Shown here in pieces: positions 1 through 12,995 of a stretch of DNA of 64,000 bases. The notes beneath the pieces are model-generated. The model had not been told where the DNA came from. It saw only the letters and a program-made list of their open reading frames with translations, and made no database searches. Position numbers and translations under genes: made by a program. How positions within the stretch are numbered: position 1 is the first letter of the stretch; every line of letters starts with the position of its first letter. The DNA is from Lepidodermella squamata (Eukaryota > Animalia > Gastrotricha): NCBI GenBank assembly GCA_047495785.1, contig JBLDXI010000032.1:4340001-4404000 (forward strand), written 5' to 3'.

Positions 1-3000
1 GTGTCGGCGTCGACATGCAGCCGAGACGGGATCACAACCCGTGGAACGTCATTTTTTTCGTATCTTTCCTGCTCATCGTCTGCTTTTTTGTAAGTTTCTT
101 GTCGGATTTAATCAACAGAATTGATAAAACAAATTTACTACAGATTCTGAACATGTTCGTCGGTGTGGTTGTTCACAACTTTCAAAAGGTTCAAGAACGC
201 GTTCGGGCCGAGTTCAAAGCTAAGAAACTGCTGCAGAAACAAGAAAAGCTGTTGAACCGGCTTCGGAAACGCTCTCAAATGAACCCTAACCGTCAAAGTA
301 AGTTCTGCGAAATTCCTTTGTCATGTCCTTTATTCGTGGTGTCGTTTTAGGACTTCTGGTTAAGCTTACTAAACGAAGCCCAATGACGCGAGTTACGCAG
401 ACCTCGCCGGCTCTTCAAACTCTCGACGCGACCTTGGCCAATCTTGAAGCCTCCCCAGCAATTACGCTATCCTCCTCGATTCCAGCCGTGAAAGTATCGG
501 TCGAGAACAAAGCGCCTGCCGAAGATCTGTCCTTCCTCGAGGAATATCCCTACTGGCGGCTTGTGACGTATCAAATCTTCACTCACAAGTACTTTGAGCT
601 TGTTCTCGCGGCAATAACAGCCCTAAACATCCTGGTTATGGCTATCGAATTCTACGAAATGCCTCCAGAGTTGCAAATGGCCGTCAAAATAATCGGCTAC
701 GTATTCACGGCTCTTCTCGTGCTCGAAGTCTTCGCCAAAGTTGCTGCTTTCGGCTTCTATCGCTACATCAGAGAACGCTGGAACCAGCTGGACGTCGCTA
801 TTGTTTTCCTATCATTCGGCGCCATCTATTTAGAAGACGCCTCATCGGTAGTCATTCCGGTCAATCCGACTCTGATTCGAGTAGCCCGCATTGTTCGAAT
901 CGCTCGTGTTTTCAAACTACTGAAAACCGCGTCCGGAATTCGCCGGCTTCTCGACACGGTTGGCCGCGCCCTGCCTCAAGTCGGCAACTTGACCTTGTTC
1001 TTCCTTCTTCTATTCTTCATCTACGCCTCGTTAGGCGTTGAAGTAACTAATTTATCTAATTATTTTCCGTTGATACTGGAATAATGTATTTTCAGCTGTT
1101 TGGCAAATTTGATGGCGAGTATGGCAAGTGTGAAGGCCTGTCGCGCCACGCCAACTTCCACAACTTCGGCATTGCCCTGTTGACGCTGTTCCGCATTTTC
1201 ACCGGTGACGACTGGAACGGCATCCTCAAGGACATGCTGCGGTTGTCGAACAATAAGGAAGAGTGCGCGCTGCTGATGAAATCGGCCGCCAATGCGACGC
1301 CCGATCGCGATTTCAACATCGAGTGCACCATCGCCGGCGTCCTCGCGCCCTTCTACTTTGTCTCGTTCGTGCTATTCGCCCAGTTCGTGCTGATCAACGT
1401 CGTCGTAGCTGTCCTCATGAATGAGCTTGAGGTAATAATGGTGTTCACTAGCTTTGAGAAGATTGATCTTGACTTGTTCTCTCTTGGCGCGTTCAATAGA
1501 GAATGGTAAAATGATTGCACCATTGATTTATTGACTCAACCATTTTTGAGCACTCTGACATTAACTGACGCTCTTCCCTTTACATCGCTGTATATTTAGA
1601 ACATACTTCAAAACGCCTGAATTGAACCCCGCCTTGAGGATTTATCCGCGAGAGTGGCAAACTTTTGCACGTTCGCATTTGATTTTTCCAATTTTTTCAG
1701 TGAAACATCATCCATGCTTTCAATATATATGTTTATCCGAGGCACATATCGTTATTCGTTATTTCCCAACAGCAATTACTAATCCATTATTTTTCATCAA
1801 TATTTATGCTTATATTGGCTAACAATTTGATGTGATTTCATTCCACAGGAGTCACATCGCCGCGATGCAATGGAAAAGCTGGAGAGACCTGAAAATGCCG
1901 ACGAGGAAAATATCGAGCAAAAAGCGGCCGTTATGGAGGAAATCGTTAAAACAGCTTGCCAAGACCTGGTAAATTAATTAAGATTATTTGCAATATTTTC
2001 TCGTTTAACCAATTAAACTGTGATGGTGTCCCTCGAAATCGCAGTTCGAGTGCAATTTTCAGTCTTGCGTAAAAAAGAAGAAAGTGGTCGTCAGACGGCT
2101 GTCAGTGAACATGAAACGAAGACGATTTAGCACAACTGGTAATTGGTCGAAAGTGTTGTTTCAATGGCGTGTCTCCTCGTATTAACTTGGAGTGGCAAAA
2201 AATAACATCCCCTGTGAAACCTCAAATTTAGTAAACATTTTAGCGGCGTATTTTTATCCTTTAGCCGCAGTTTACCCTGATGTAAATTTGGCGTGATATT
2301 AATTATTTAATTAACACCACTTTCATGAATTTTTAATTTCTATTTTCCAGGTCGATCAGCTTCAAGCTAAGCTGGGAACAACTCGCGATGAAGTGATAGG
2401 CATAGTTACAACGGAATATTTGATCCGCGAGCAGGAAAACGAACAAAGCTATACGCCGAACACTAACGTTGTCACTACGCCAGCCTCGGTGGAACAATCG
2501 CCTAGTCTGCTGGCTCTAACGGCGTCGCGGCCTGTTCTCGTCAGCCACAGTGACACGATGTGTACTGTTAGCGTGGAAGAGCGCAAAAAACGCCGCCAAT
2601 TCCGCGCGAGTCTCGACCAGCAAAGTCGATCCATCCAGCGCGAAGGCTCGCTGAAGGTGCGACGGCGGGAGAGCAGTTACATCTCTGTTGATGCTGACGC
2701 GCTGGAACAAATTTTCCACGATCTGGGCGACGCGTTGACGCGGAACAAAGAGCCACCTGGCGCGCAACGTTCCGGTTCACTGGTCATCGACGAGTTTCTG
2801 GAAATGCGACGGCGGGCTAGTCACCATAACTTTGCGGCGGTAACACCACCCTGCGGTGGTGCGGTGGTGCGTCGCCAGGCCAGTCAGCGGCCGCGAGTGA
2901 AACAGCAAATGGCTATCGACGAGGTGCTGGAGGCGAAACCGCGGCTGAGCGCGTCGTGCCACGACTTGGAACGCGCGACAGGCAAACCGGCGGCGACGAG

Positions 3001-3016
3001 CACACTGCCATTTTAA
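1..3016 (+). CDS. Cav3: T-type (Cav3-like) voltage-gated channel alpha-1 subunit, paralog A; 5'-truncated (end of DIII, III-IV linker, DIV, C-tail). Exons <1-89, 144-297, 351-1042, 1096-1431, 1849-1968, 2351-3016
   Basis: Cav3 motifs [23 protein letters not shown]4 [30 protein letters not shown], pore FTGDDW, and [22 protein letters not shown] introns join the ORF fragments in frame. Confidence 0.93.
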
Positions 3017-5046
3017 TTGCATCATCAGTTTTCGTCGGAATTTTCGGAGGCCTTGTCTATCTATTAGAAGTTATATGTTGCTATTGCGCCGTGTTTTACG
3101 CGCCCGTCTAAAGTTGTACCGCAATGAAGATGATGGTTTGTAGTGATGATGCGATAACTTGATTGGAAACGCGATGCGCTTCCGCTGCTGCTGAGACAAA
3201 ACAAGAATGAGAGAGCGCAATGAGATGATTTATTATTGCTTCAATAAAATGAAAATAATAGCCATGAGAGACCAGCAGCAGGCGCCGTGTGGCGATGATG
3301 ATAATAAATAGCCGCTGCCGATTTAACGCCTTTTTCTTGTAAAACAACGCGAGTTTTTTTCAGTCTTACGTCGCCTATACACATATTTGGGAATAGAACA
3401 TGTTGTATATGCCGCGTTTTGGAACAAGTGTGCGTCCTGAATCATCCTATTATTCTTATCACTTGTATATATTTTTACAGCAGTTTTGCGGGTTATTTAG
3501 AAACGATGCTACGAACGAGAAGACAAGTGCGCCCATCAATATAACATCATATACAATTGCGTTTTTTTTTATCATCGCGTGAATATCGGCACCGATAATA
3601 GCCGTGTGCACATTGTGATGCCAAACACACGCGTTTATCTCCGGGCGCTATTTAAGGCCCAGCCAACTAGGGAGTGATTATTGCGGACGCAGAAAAACCG
3701 TTTCCACCCAACAAGTGTCAGCATGCTGTGTTGTAGGAAAAACGATCGATCGCGGACTTTAATCGGTGCCAAAAAGCTTACACGCAAACAGGGACAATCT
3801 CATTTTGGTGCCTGTGGATAGAATCTTCCCAGGGCCTGGCGCGGATTTTTACACACAGCAACGCCGCGTCACTTGCAGCATCGGTGTCCACTACTCCAGC
3901 CGCCTTAATTAGGCGCAACAATTCTTAACGACAATTATTTTTATTATCCGGGGCGCGCAGTACAAAACCCCGTCCGTCTTTCCCCAATAGACATTGGCAT
4001 AGATTTATTTAATGTATTTATCAAGGACACATTTCTGTGACCTAAGCACGGGGAATAACCGGCATTTTTTCTGGGTGAAAAAGTGCTATTTCCGTATACA
4101 ACCGGATCGCATCTTCAAAATTTTAGAGACGTGGCTTTCCTAACCAAGGTTTTAATCCTGAGACTGATGTTCATCAGAAATGAACTGTTAGCATCAAGCT
4201 CAGCGAAGTTCAAGAGACCTCGTTAGTCTAGGAAAAAGTTTCATAATTGCCCGAACGCTGTACTCATTTTGATAATCTGATCGCCCCCTAACCATTATCG
4301 GATGTAGGTACAGTGATCAATAATATATCCCCGATTTTTGCGCCGGAATAATTAACGAAATGGAACTTTGACCCAATAGGTATTGTCTGGCGATAATTTC
4401 CGATCCGTTCAAGTTACAAGTGGGTGCTTATAATAGTTGACGTCACCATTATATTAAGTTGTCACCTTAATTTTCTCGCATGCCTGTGCTCTATCTCGTA
4501 TTAGCGCATCTTTGCAGATAAGTCATGAAAAATAATAATATTCAATTTCAGCGCCTCATCACGAATTACAAAAAAACGATACTTATTACATGGGTACTCT
4601 CGCACGGGGCCCGATGGGACGCGCTTTTTCAATATAGCGCACGCTGCTGATGCATGCATGCCCGTGTTTTCAGCATCGCAGTAATTAAAATGTTAGTGTA
4701 AAAAAATGGTGCCGTTATCGCACAGTGCACGCTGTCGTACTATTTTGTATGCTTTTTTTACGACGGAAAATAGCGACCCATAATTTTACAAAAAAATTAT
4801 CCGACTATCGGCAAAACGTTTCCAACTCATTTGGCATCTTTATCGATTTCCATTTCGTTATACAATTTTTGCCTTTTGCCAACTTATCAACTAATACAGC
4901 CTTCGTCTGTCAAATTTCCAGTGGTTATTAAAATCTGAGAAAGCAAGACTCTAGTATGATATTGAGGAGTTGCGCCTCGCATCGCCTACACAACTGACCG
5001 GTCTGTGAACTGCGGGCATGAACTGCTCGACGCGAAAAGTCAGTTG

Positions 5047-8000
5047 ATGGCGTCGTTCAAATCCAGAGATGGCGCTCGTCGTCGCGCCATTCGAAGGATA
5101 GGCGTCGCCGAAGAAGACCACTTCTGCGAAGATCGCATCATCGAGCCGGTTCGAGTCAAACTCATCGCCCCACCAACGCCGCGACTCGCGCCACTGGCAA
5201 ATGAAGAAATTACCATCATAAACAACGTCAACTACCAAAGCATAGCCAACGATCTGCCGGCAGTTGCTAATGAAGAACCGGCGAGTACGTGTTACATCAG
5301 ACCTCAGGAAGAGGAGAAGCGATATGCCGATACGTCGTTCTATTACTGTACTCGGCAGAATTCTTTCAGAAGGCTGATGATAGCGCTGGTCGAGTCAAAG
5401 TGGTTTGGACGGTTTTCTGTGTTCCTGATTCTAGTCAATTGTGCCTCGCTTGGTTTCATGGACACATGCGATTTCAACTGCATAATCTACCGCTGCCAGG
5501 TCATGCAAACCATCGATCTATGCGTGTTTGTCTTCTTCACAATTGAAATGCTGATAAAAATGATCGCGATGGGAATAGTCGGGCCGCGGTCCTACCTGTC
5601 GGAGCCTTGGAATGTCTTCGACTTTGTCATCATTGTCGTCGGCTCGACCGAGTTCGTCTACGGCAAGGGTGCGACGGCGTTTTCGGCGATTCGAACCTTC
5701 CGCGTTCTGCGCCCACTGCGCGCCATAAATCGAATACCGAGTTTAAAAATTTTGGTCGAACTGCTGCTTGAAAGCTTGCCTATGCTCGGCAACGTGCTCA
5801 TGTTCACGTTTTTCATCTTTTTCGTCTTCGGAATCTGTGGCATTCAACTGTGGGCCGGTGTGCTGCGGCATCGCTGCTTTTTCCCTGATACGCCCGAGTT
5901 CAAGGCGCAAATCGAGGCGCAGAACTTGACCCACTTTCTTATGGAAATGCCTAATTTCTACCGACGGCCCGGTGGCGGCGACTTTGTGTGCAGTCCTCAG
6001 TTTGGCATGCTGCGTTGTGAAGACATTCCGTTATTCGAGTAAGTTCTATTCATTCGAATCGCATCTTTTTTAGCCGTAAATTTCTCACCCAGGCAAGAAG
6101 GGTCGATTTGCGACCAGATTTTCCACGATGATGAAGCGATAATTTGCGGCAACCTGGTACCGAATTACACCGACTGCCGGCCGGGCGCGCCGAACCCGTC
6201 TCGCGAGACGGTCAGCTTCGACAACATTGGCGCCGCGTGGATCGCCATCTTTCAAGTAATCAACCTCGAATCGTGGACTGAAGTGATGTACTTCGTCCAG
6301 GATGCTTACTCTTTCTGGGTGTGGATCTACTTTGTCATTCTCATTGTGGTAAGTTTGATTTTCAGAGAATTACTCCAAAAAATTGATTCACTTTCTTAGA
6401 TTGGCTCATACTTTGCTCTAAACTTGTGCCTCGTCGTTATTGCCAATCACTTTCAAGAAGCTAAAAGCCGAACGTCGTCGCGCCTCGGCGGCACTCGTCT
6501 CTCGATAGATAGCACCTCAATCTACCTCCAAGTGCTAGACCTCATAGCTTACGGCATTCGGCAGTGCTTCGACTTTTTAAGCTGTGAAATCCCGCCAGTC
6601 ATACGCCAGCAGCAGCAACAAGCAGCTACGGCTGACGGCCGATCCACCGGCGGCGGTGGGGGCGAAGACAATCCGAGACGTGAAACTAGCTCAGAGCAAC
6701 TCGACCTCATCATGAGAGTCAGTGCTTATGGCATTTGTAAGTATTTTGCATAAAATCAATAATTTTTTTATTTACTTTATTTATCAACAGCTTTATCTGC
6801 TGCTCCTGTTGCTAACGGAGATGTAAATCGTCAGAAGAATAAACGTCCCAGTGTTTTTGTCAGTAAGTTATAAATAGCCACACAGTAAAGCTAAAGGATA
6901 ATTTTTGTGTTTTTTTTCAATCAGCTTTCATTCAACGTGAAGTTTCAGGCAGCCGGAAGTTTTTGCGCGATTTGTTCGAGCACGACAGCGTTGCGATGAT
7001 CATCATGGGCGTCATTGTGCTGAATACGCTCATCATGGGAACAGAACACCACCAACAGCCGGAATCGCTGACTGTCGCCATCGAAAGCCTCAACGTCGCC
7101 TTCACGATATTCTTCGCCGTTGAACTCATGCTGAAAATATACGCTTATGGCTTTCAGGTGTACATTCGCGACGGCTTCAACATGCTCGATTTGATTGTGG
7201 TGGTTGTCAAGTAATTACTTTTTCATTTTTAATTCGGTACAATCTAAGCTCTCTCACTAATTTTATTCAGCATTTTAATCAGGTATCAACTGGAAACAGA
7301 TTTAAAATCATTTCGAAAGACGCCGAAGAGAATGGGGTTGACTGATTATAATTTTCTTTAGGCTTCAATTTTCTTTCAATTTTATTGAGGGTTGTAGAAA
7401 TTTAGCATGTGTACTTCTTCTGCCTAGACAGAATTTTATTTTGCGCATCTGGAAATTTTCGGGATTATGTGAATTAATTTCGGATCTGTGGTTAAATTTT
7501 ACTCTAATCTAACATTTTAGTCTTGCTGAACTGGTGCAAGGCTCCGGAACCGGGTTCTTTGTGCTGCGAGCCTTCCGGTTAGTTCGCCTCGTCAAAATCA
7601 TTCGCTTCTTGCCCGGCCTACAGCGCCAGTTGCTCATCATGATGCGAACCGTCGACAACGTCGCCTCGTTCTTCTTACTCGTCAGTCTTTTCCTGTTCGT
7701 ATTCGCCATCATGGGCATGTCGCTGTTCGGCTGCCAGTACTGCCCGTCGCTGAACCGGTACATGCGGCCGGAATTCAAAGGCGTCGACGTGCCTGTCGGC
7801 GAGTTCGAACTCAACGACACGCTGATATTCGACCTGAGCCGTACTTCGAATGTCACGCTCGAGACGCCGAATGAAGGCCGCGACCACAGCCACGAGATCG
7901 ACCTGATATCATACTTCATATGCCCGCGAACCAACTTCGACACTCTTGCTTCGTCTTTATTCACCGTTCTACAGGTTTAAATCGATTTCCTCGAAATTTA

Positions 8001-11000
8001 ATGTATAAAAATGATCTAATTTCTCCAGGTTTTTACTCAAGACTCTTGGACCTCGGTGCTTAAAGATGGCATGACGGTCACATCGGACTGGGCTGGTCTT
8101 TATTTCGTAGCACTAGTGTCGATTGGCAACTACGTCCTCCTTAACTTGCTTGTCGCCATCTTGGTCGAAGGGTTCAGTAGCAGTGAAGAGGTTTGTAGAA
8201 AATGAAGTTTTTCGAATGACCTTTTAAAATTGAAATTAATGAAAACAGGACAGCTTAGCTAATAGCGAGGTCAGCCAGGATCATTTTTTTGCATCTGCAT
8301 TGCAAAAGGACAAGATAAAAACAGCGCCGATGGCATCTGTTGAGGTATGATCTTCGCCATTCTTATCTCATTGTAGCAAATAAGCTTCCGTTGCAGAGTT
8401 TATCGGACAGTTCAGAGACACCTCGCGGGTTGCCGATGCATACAATTTTAACAACACCCATCAGCAACTCGCCCATGTCGTGGCGGTCGACGTTGCGAGC
8501 CGCCTCCGCCAACGCCTGCTGCGGTCTCGGCCGCGTGATAGGCCAGCGGCGGCAGTATTCGTTCTTCGTCCTGTCGCCCGAGAACATGTTCCGCCGCGGC
8601 CTCGACTGCTTCGTGTCCAGCCGCTACTTCGACAACGTCATCTTGTTCTTCATCGTCTACAACTGCATTGTGATAACCATGGAGCGGCCGTCAATCAAAA
8701 AGGACAGTCTCGAGCGGAAGCTTATCGATCTATCTAATTCTGCCATTAATTTGATCTTCCTCATCGAAGCTATTCTTAAAATCATTGCCAAAGGTTTCAT
8801 TATCGGCGAAGGTGCCTACCTCAAAAACGGCTGGAATATTCTCGACTTCATCCTAGTAAATTGCTCAACTGTCTACACGCTGTTCGATCTGTTTTTCTCG
8901 CGGGTGGAGGAGGCTAAGATACTAGAAATTTTACGAGTTTTACGGCTACTACGAGCTTTAAGACCACTTCGAGTCGTCAACCGAGCTCCAGGGTTGAAAA
9001 TAGTCGTCGAAACACTGCTATTATCTGTCAAGCCGATTGGAAACATCATTGTGATAACATCGGCATTTTTCCTAATTTTCGCAATTTTGGGTGTTCAAAT
9101 GTTTCGCGGCTGTTTCTACCGGTGCGTTGTCGCCGGGTCGAAGTACGTGTCGAACCGGCAAAGAGCGGCGGCGCATCACGGCGGGCATCAGGCGTCTGAG
9201 GCTGAAATGCTGACATTTGAAACACTGTCTGGCGTGAAGAATCGGACGGATTGCGATGAGCTCGGTTCGACGTTTGAGTGGGAGAACGAGAGCTACAATT
9301 TCGACAACCTGCTGCAGGCCCTAATGACGCTGTTCGTTTTCGCCACCTTCGACGGCTGGGTCGAAATAACTCGCGCTGGTATCGACTGCGTTGGCACCGA
9401 TCTTCAGCCTATTCACGACTACAACCCGTGGCGCATTCTGTACTTCATTTCATTCCTGCTCATCGTGTGCTTCTTTGTAAGCCTGGGCATATCTAAGATT
9501 TTTGCCGATGAATTATCATTATTTTACAGGTTGTCAACATGTTTGTTGGTGTGGTTGTGACCAATTTCGAAAAAGTCCACAAGCGGGTGTTGGCCGAAAA
9601 GGAAGCCCAGCGACGGCGTGCTAAACGCATGCAGATACCAGCCCAGAAAAAATTCAGCATACCCAAAAGTAAGTCGCCTCTTCATGTTTGCTTAATCCTG
9701 ATCTAATCCTGATGATTCGATTTTTCAAGAAAAAATGTTCAAGTGCATGAATCGAAGTGGTTCGTCGTCGTCGCGGCCGATGTCGATGTCGAACGAAAAT
9801 TCGAATGTTCGAGCACCACCAGCCAGTCGCGGGGAGCCTCCAGCTCGGAGACAAGGCATATCAATGTCACAGACCCAGGCCGAGCTACGTAAGATGATAT
9901 GAAGCTACTTTCATCCTTACATTTAGCGTTTTACTGTGCATTGATGTGATAATGACAACATTTTTGGCGATTGTTTTAGGTCTATTACGGCAGCGATTCC
10001 GAAGCAGTAAATACTTTATTAGAAAGCTTTTCCCATTGCGTTTCTTCTGAGCTCTGGTAGACGGGAGCTAGTCTTGATAACTTTAGAACTAGAAATTGCA
10101 CGTTAAAACTATTATTTCACCCCTTTGACATTTCTGGAACGAGGACCTTGGGGCATCATCGTGAAATATTTCTGTATCATAACTTGGAAAAATTTACTAC
10201 GAAGATAGAGCGAAATATTCATTAATTTGAACGCTCTTTATTTCAACTTTTAGTAACCTTGAGTTCTCTATTTTCGTAGTCGTAGTATAATTTGCTTATA
10301 TTAGTGAGACCTGCTCAATCTGGATGTGGGCTTAATTTTGATTAATCCCCGCATTATTCCTGTTTGCATAAATTATTCCTCCTTAATGACCTATTTTTTG
10401 CAGTGCGAAATACGGTTCGACGCAACGCTCTATTGCATCGGTACCTGCAGTGGCGGCTGCGCATGTATCGCATATTCACACACCAATATTTCGAACTCGT
10501 ACTCGTCGCAATCACCACCGTAAATGTGCTAATCATGGCCGTCGAGTACTACCAAATGCCGAAAGAACTGCTGTTCGCCATCAAAGCCGCTAGTTACGCC
10601 TTCACAGTGCTACTCGGCCTCGAGCTCTGCATGAAAATGATAGCCATGGGCGTGAAGCGGTGCCTGCGCGACCCGTGGACCAAGCTCGACATATTCATCC
10701 TAGCCGCGTCATGTGCCGAGGTCCTCATGGAAGACTCCTACACGCGTTTCATGCCAATCAACCCGACTATTTTTCGACTTCTCCGCCTTGTGAGAATAGC
10801 GCGAGTGTTTCGGCTTTTAAAAACTGCGAAAGGAGTACGCCGGTTGCTGGATACCGTCAGCCAAGCCCTGCCTAAAGTCGCTCATCTCTCGCTCGTGTTT
10901 TTCCTCCTGTTTTTCATCTACGCCTCGCTGGGCGTTGAGCTATTCGGAAAATTTTCATGCCCATACGCAAAATGTGGCGGGCTGTCGCGTCACGCGAGTT

Positions 11001-12355
11001 TCGAACATTTCGGCATTGCCCTGCTAACCCTGTTCCGCGTCTTCACCGGTGACAAGTGGAACGGCATTCTGAAGGACATGCTGCACGTGTCGAGCGATGT
11101 CGACTACTGCTTGAAGCTGCTCGACGTTCAGGAGCAACTAGATGGCACGGTCGAGTGCCGAACAGCCGGCTACACGGCCCCATTCTTCTTCGTGTCATTC
11201 GTGCTAACCTCTCGATTCGTACTCATCAACGTCGTCATTGCCGTACTCATGAGCCAGTTGCAGCGGTCACAGCGTGAAGAAGCCGACGAGGCGAATGCCG
11301 ACCGCGTTAATATAACGCGAATTTTCCACACCAAGAAGGCGCCGCCTAATTCGGTGAGTTCAAATTCATCGCACAACGCAGATTTTTTTTAATTTATTTC
11401 AATGCATTGAAAGTGAATTAAATCAGTATTTTTCTGGAGATTTTGGAAAATTACACCTTTAAAATTACAGAACGTTAGGGAACCTATTCGTAAGAATGAG
11501 GTTGCTACTCAGGTTTCAATCGGACCATCGTTTCGATGGGTAAGTGTAACGGAATAACAAAAAGCACTCGACGACAGCTTCCTTGCACGGAAAATATTTC
11601 AAAAAATGGCACTTTTTCGCTTACAACACAATGCAAAAAATAATTTCACAATAGCATGGCTCTTCTTTCTAAAATCTCGAGCGCACATTGAAATTCGCAT
11701 GTGGGTGTTAATTTGAGTTCATTCTGTTTTGCAGGTTCAAAACAGCGAAGAAGATCTTGTGGTGGAGATGAACACGCTGTTTCACTACGGCAGTCGTTAC
11801 GGCACGCGCGATACCGGTCTGAGCGCCGCCCAGCACCACCAACGCCTCGCCTCTGTCGCTAGCTACCCGACGCGGCCGGTCAGTCGGCAGCCGTCCAGCC
11901 GTCGCCCGAGCCACTTCAGTGTCAGCAGTCGCGAACTCGGCGGTTCGATACGGCTGATCGACGCCAGCGCGCCGTCTCTCAGCAGCCTGTCTGCCCGCGC
12001 TCTTCAGTCGCACCGGCCGTCGTTCAAAGATCATCGGCGTTTGCCGCGAAACGCCTCAACAAGGTCGTCGAACAGAAGCAGTAAGCGGCGAGTTTCGCTT
12101 CGGATGAAAGCGTCCAGCCTGCACGGTGCCATCGACGACCCTCGCATCCGGCTGTGGACCGATGCGGCTCTGCGACATCAGCACTCGCTGCGTGGCGACA
12201 CCGCGAGCTCGGCATCGACTGTCGGCTTGGAAGACTGCAGTGACGTCATCGACAACACGGTGACGTACTACGAACCGCCGCCGATAACTGTTCACCAGGA
12301 AGAGGAAGATGATCTACCCAGCAGCAATGTCGAGTCATTTTGTATAGATGTCTGA
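5047..12355 (+). CDS. Cav3: T-type (Cav3-like) channel, paralog B, complete four-domain multi-exon gene
   Basis: DI S4 [29 protein letters not shown], pore INLESW (E 6268); NLCLVVIA plus gating-brake-like helix; DII pore FTQDSW (D 8041); DIII pore ATFDGW (D 9351); DIV pore FTGDKW (D 11051). First in-frame ATG is 5047, and the start is less certain than the body. Confidence 0.93.
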
Positions 12356-12995
12356 CGATGAAAGTTGGAATTACGACTGTGTAAAATCTGCGTGAATTCA
12401 ATATTCTATCAATATTTTTCAACAATATTTTTTGTACTTCAAGAAGGAGAATGCAGGTCAAATTTGAGCAATAAAATGAATTCATTATTAGTGTCGTGTT
12501 GAATCATAAAATTGCACTAAATTTAACCTAATAGAACTGACAACAATATCTGGTGCTCAGACGTGAAAAATATGGCATAAATGCCTCCTTAATCCCTATG
12601 AAGACCGCTCATACCAATGCCGGAGAGGTGGCTGAGATCGCCGTGCGCGTGCGGCTGCGTTTCTTCGCATTATAAAATTTGATCTTGTACCGAGAGACAA
12701 GCACGTGGCTAAAGCAGCCAAGAGATTATCTCGTTTACGTTATCTTTTACGCATATCTCTTCCAAGGAGGTACCGCTAATTTAGACGTGGGCACCTTTAA
12801 TCCTCGGCTATAAGTCGCGAATTTTTTCGAAGCAAATCTGCTTGTTTACCGCCTACTTGAAACGCCCTCTCAACTGCCAAAAAATTATGGTTTAAAAGCT
12901 GCCGGACACACCTGTAAAATCAACATTCGCTGTTTTCGACCCTGAATTCAAGTTGCTTTTTCTCTACGTTCGAAGTATTCACATTACCTGAAGCC

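Noticed and set aside
3017-5046. Possible gene or ncRNA between Cav3-A and Cav3-B
   Set aside because: Only short low-complexity ORFs and no recognisable RNA structure; most likely UTR and promoter.
5047-12355. Assignment of the channels to Nav, NALCN or Cav1/2
   Set aside because: No DEKA/DEEA/EEKE/EEEE filter, and no AID or IQ motif seen. Cav3-specific motifs ([11 protein letters not shown], GLSRHAxF, [14 protein letters not shown]) are present.
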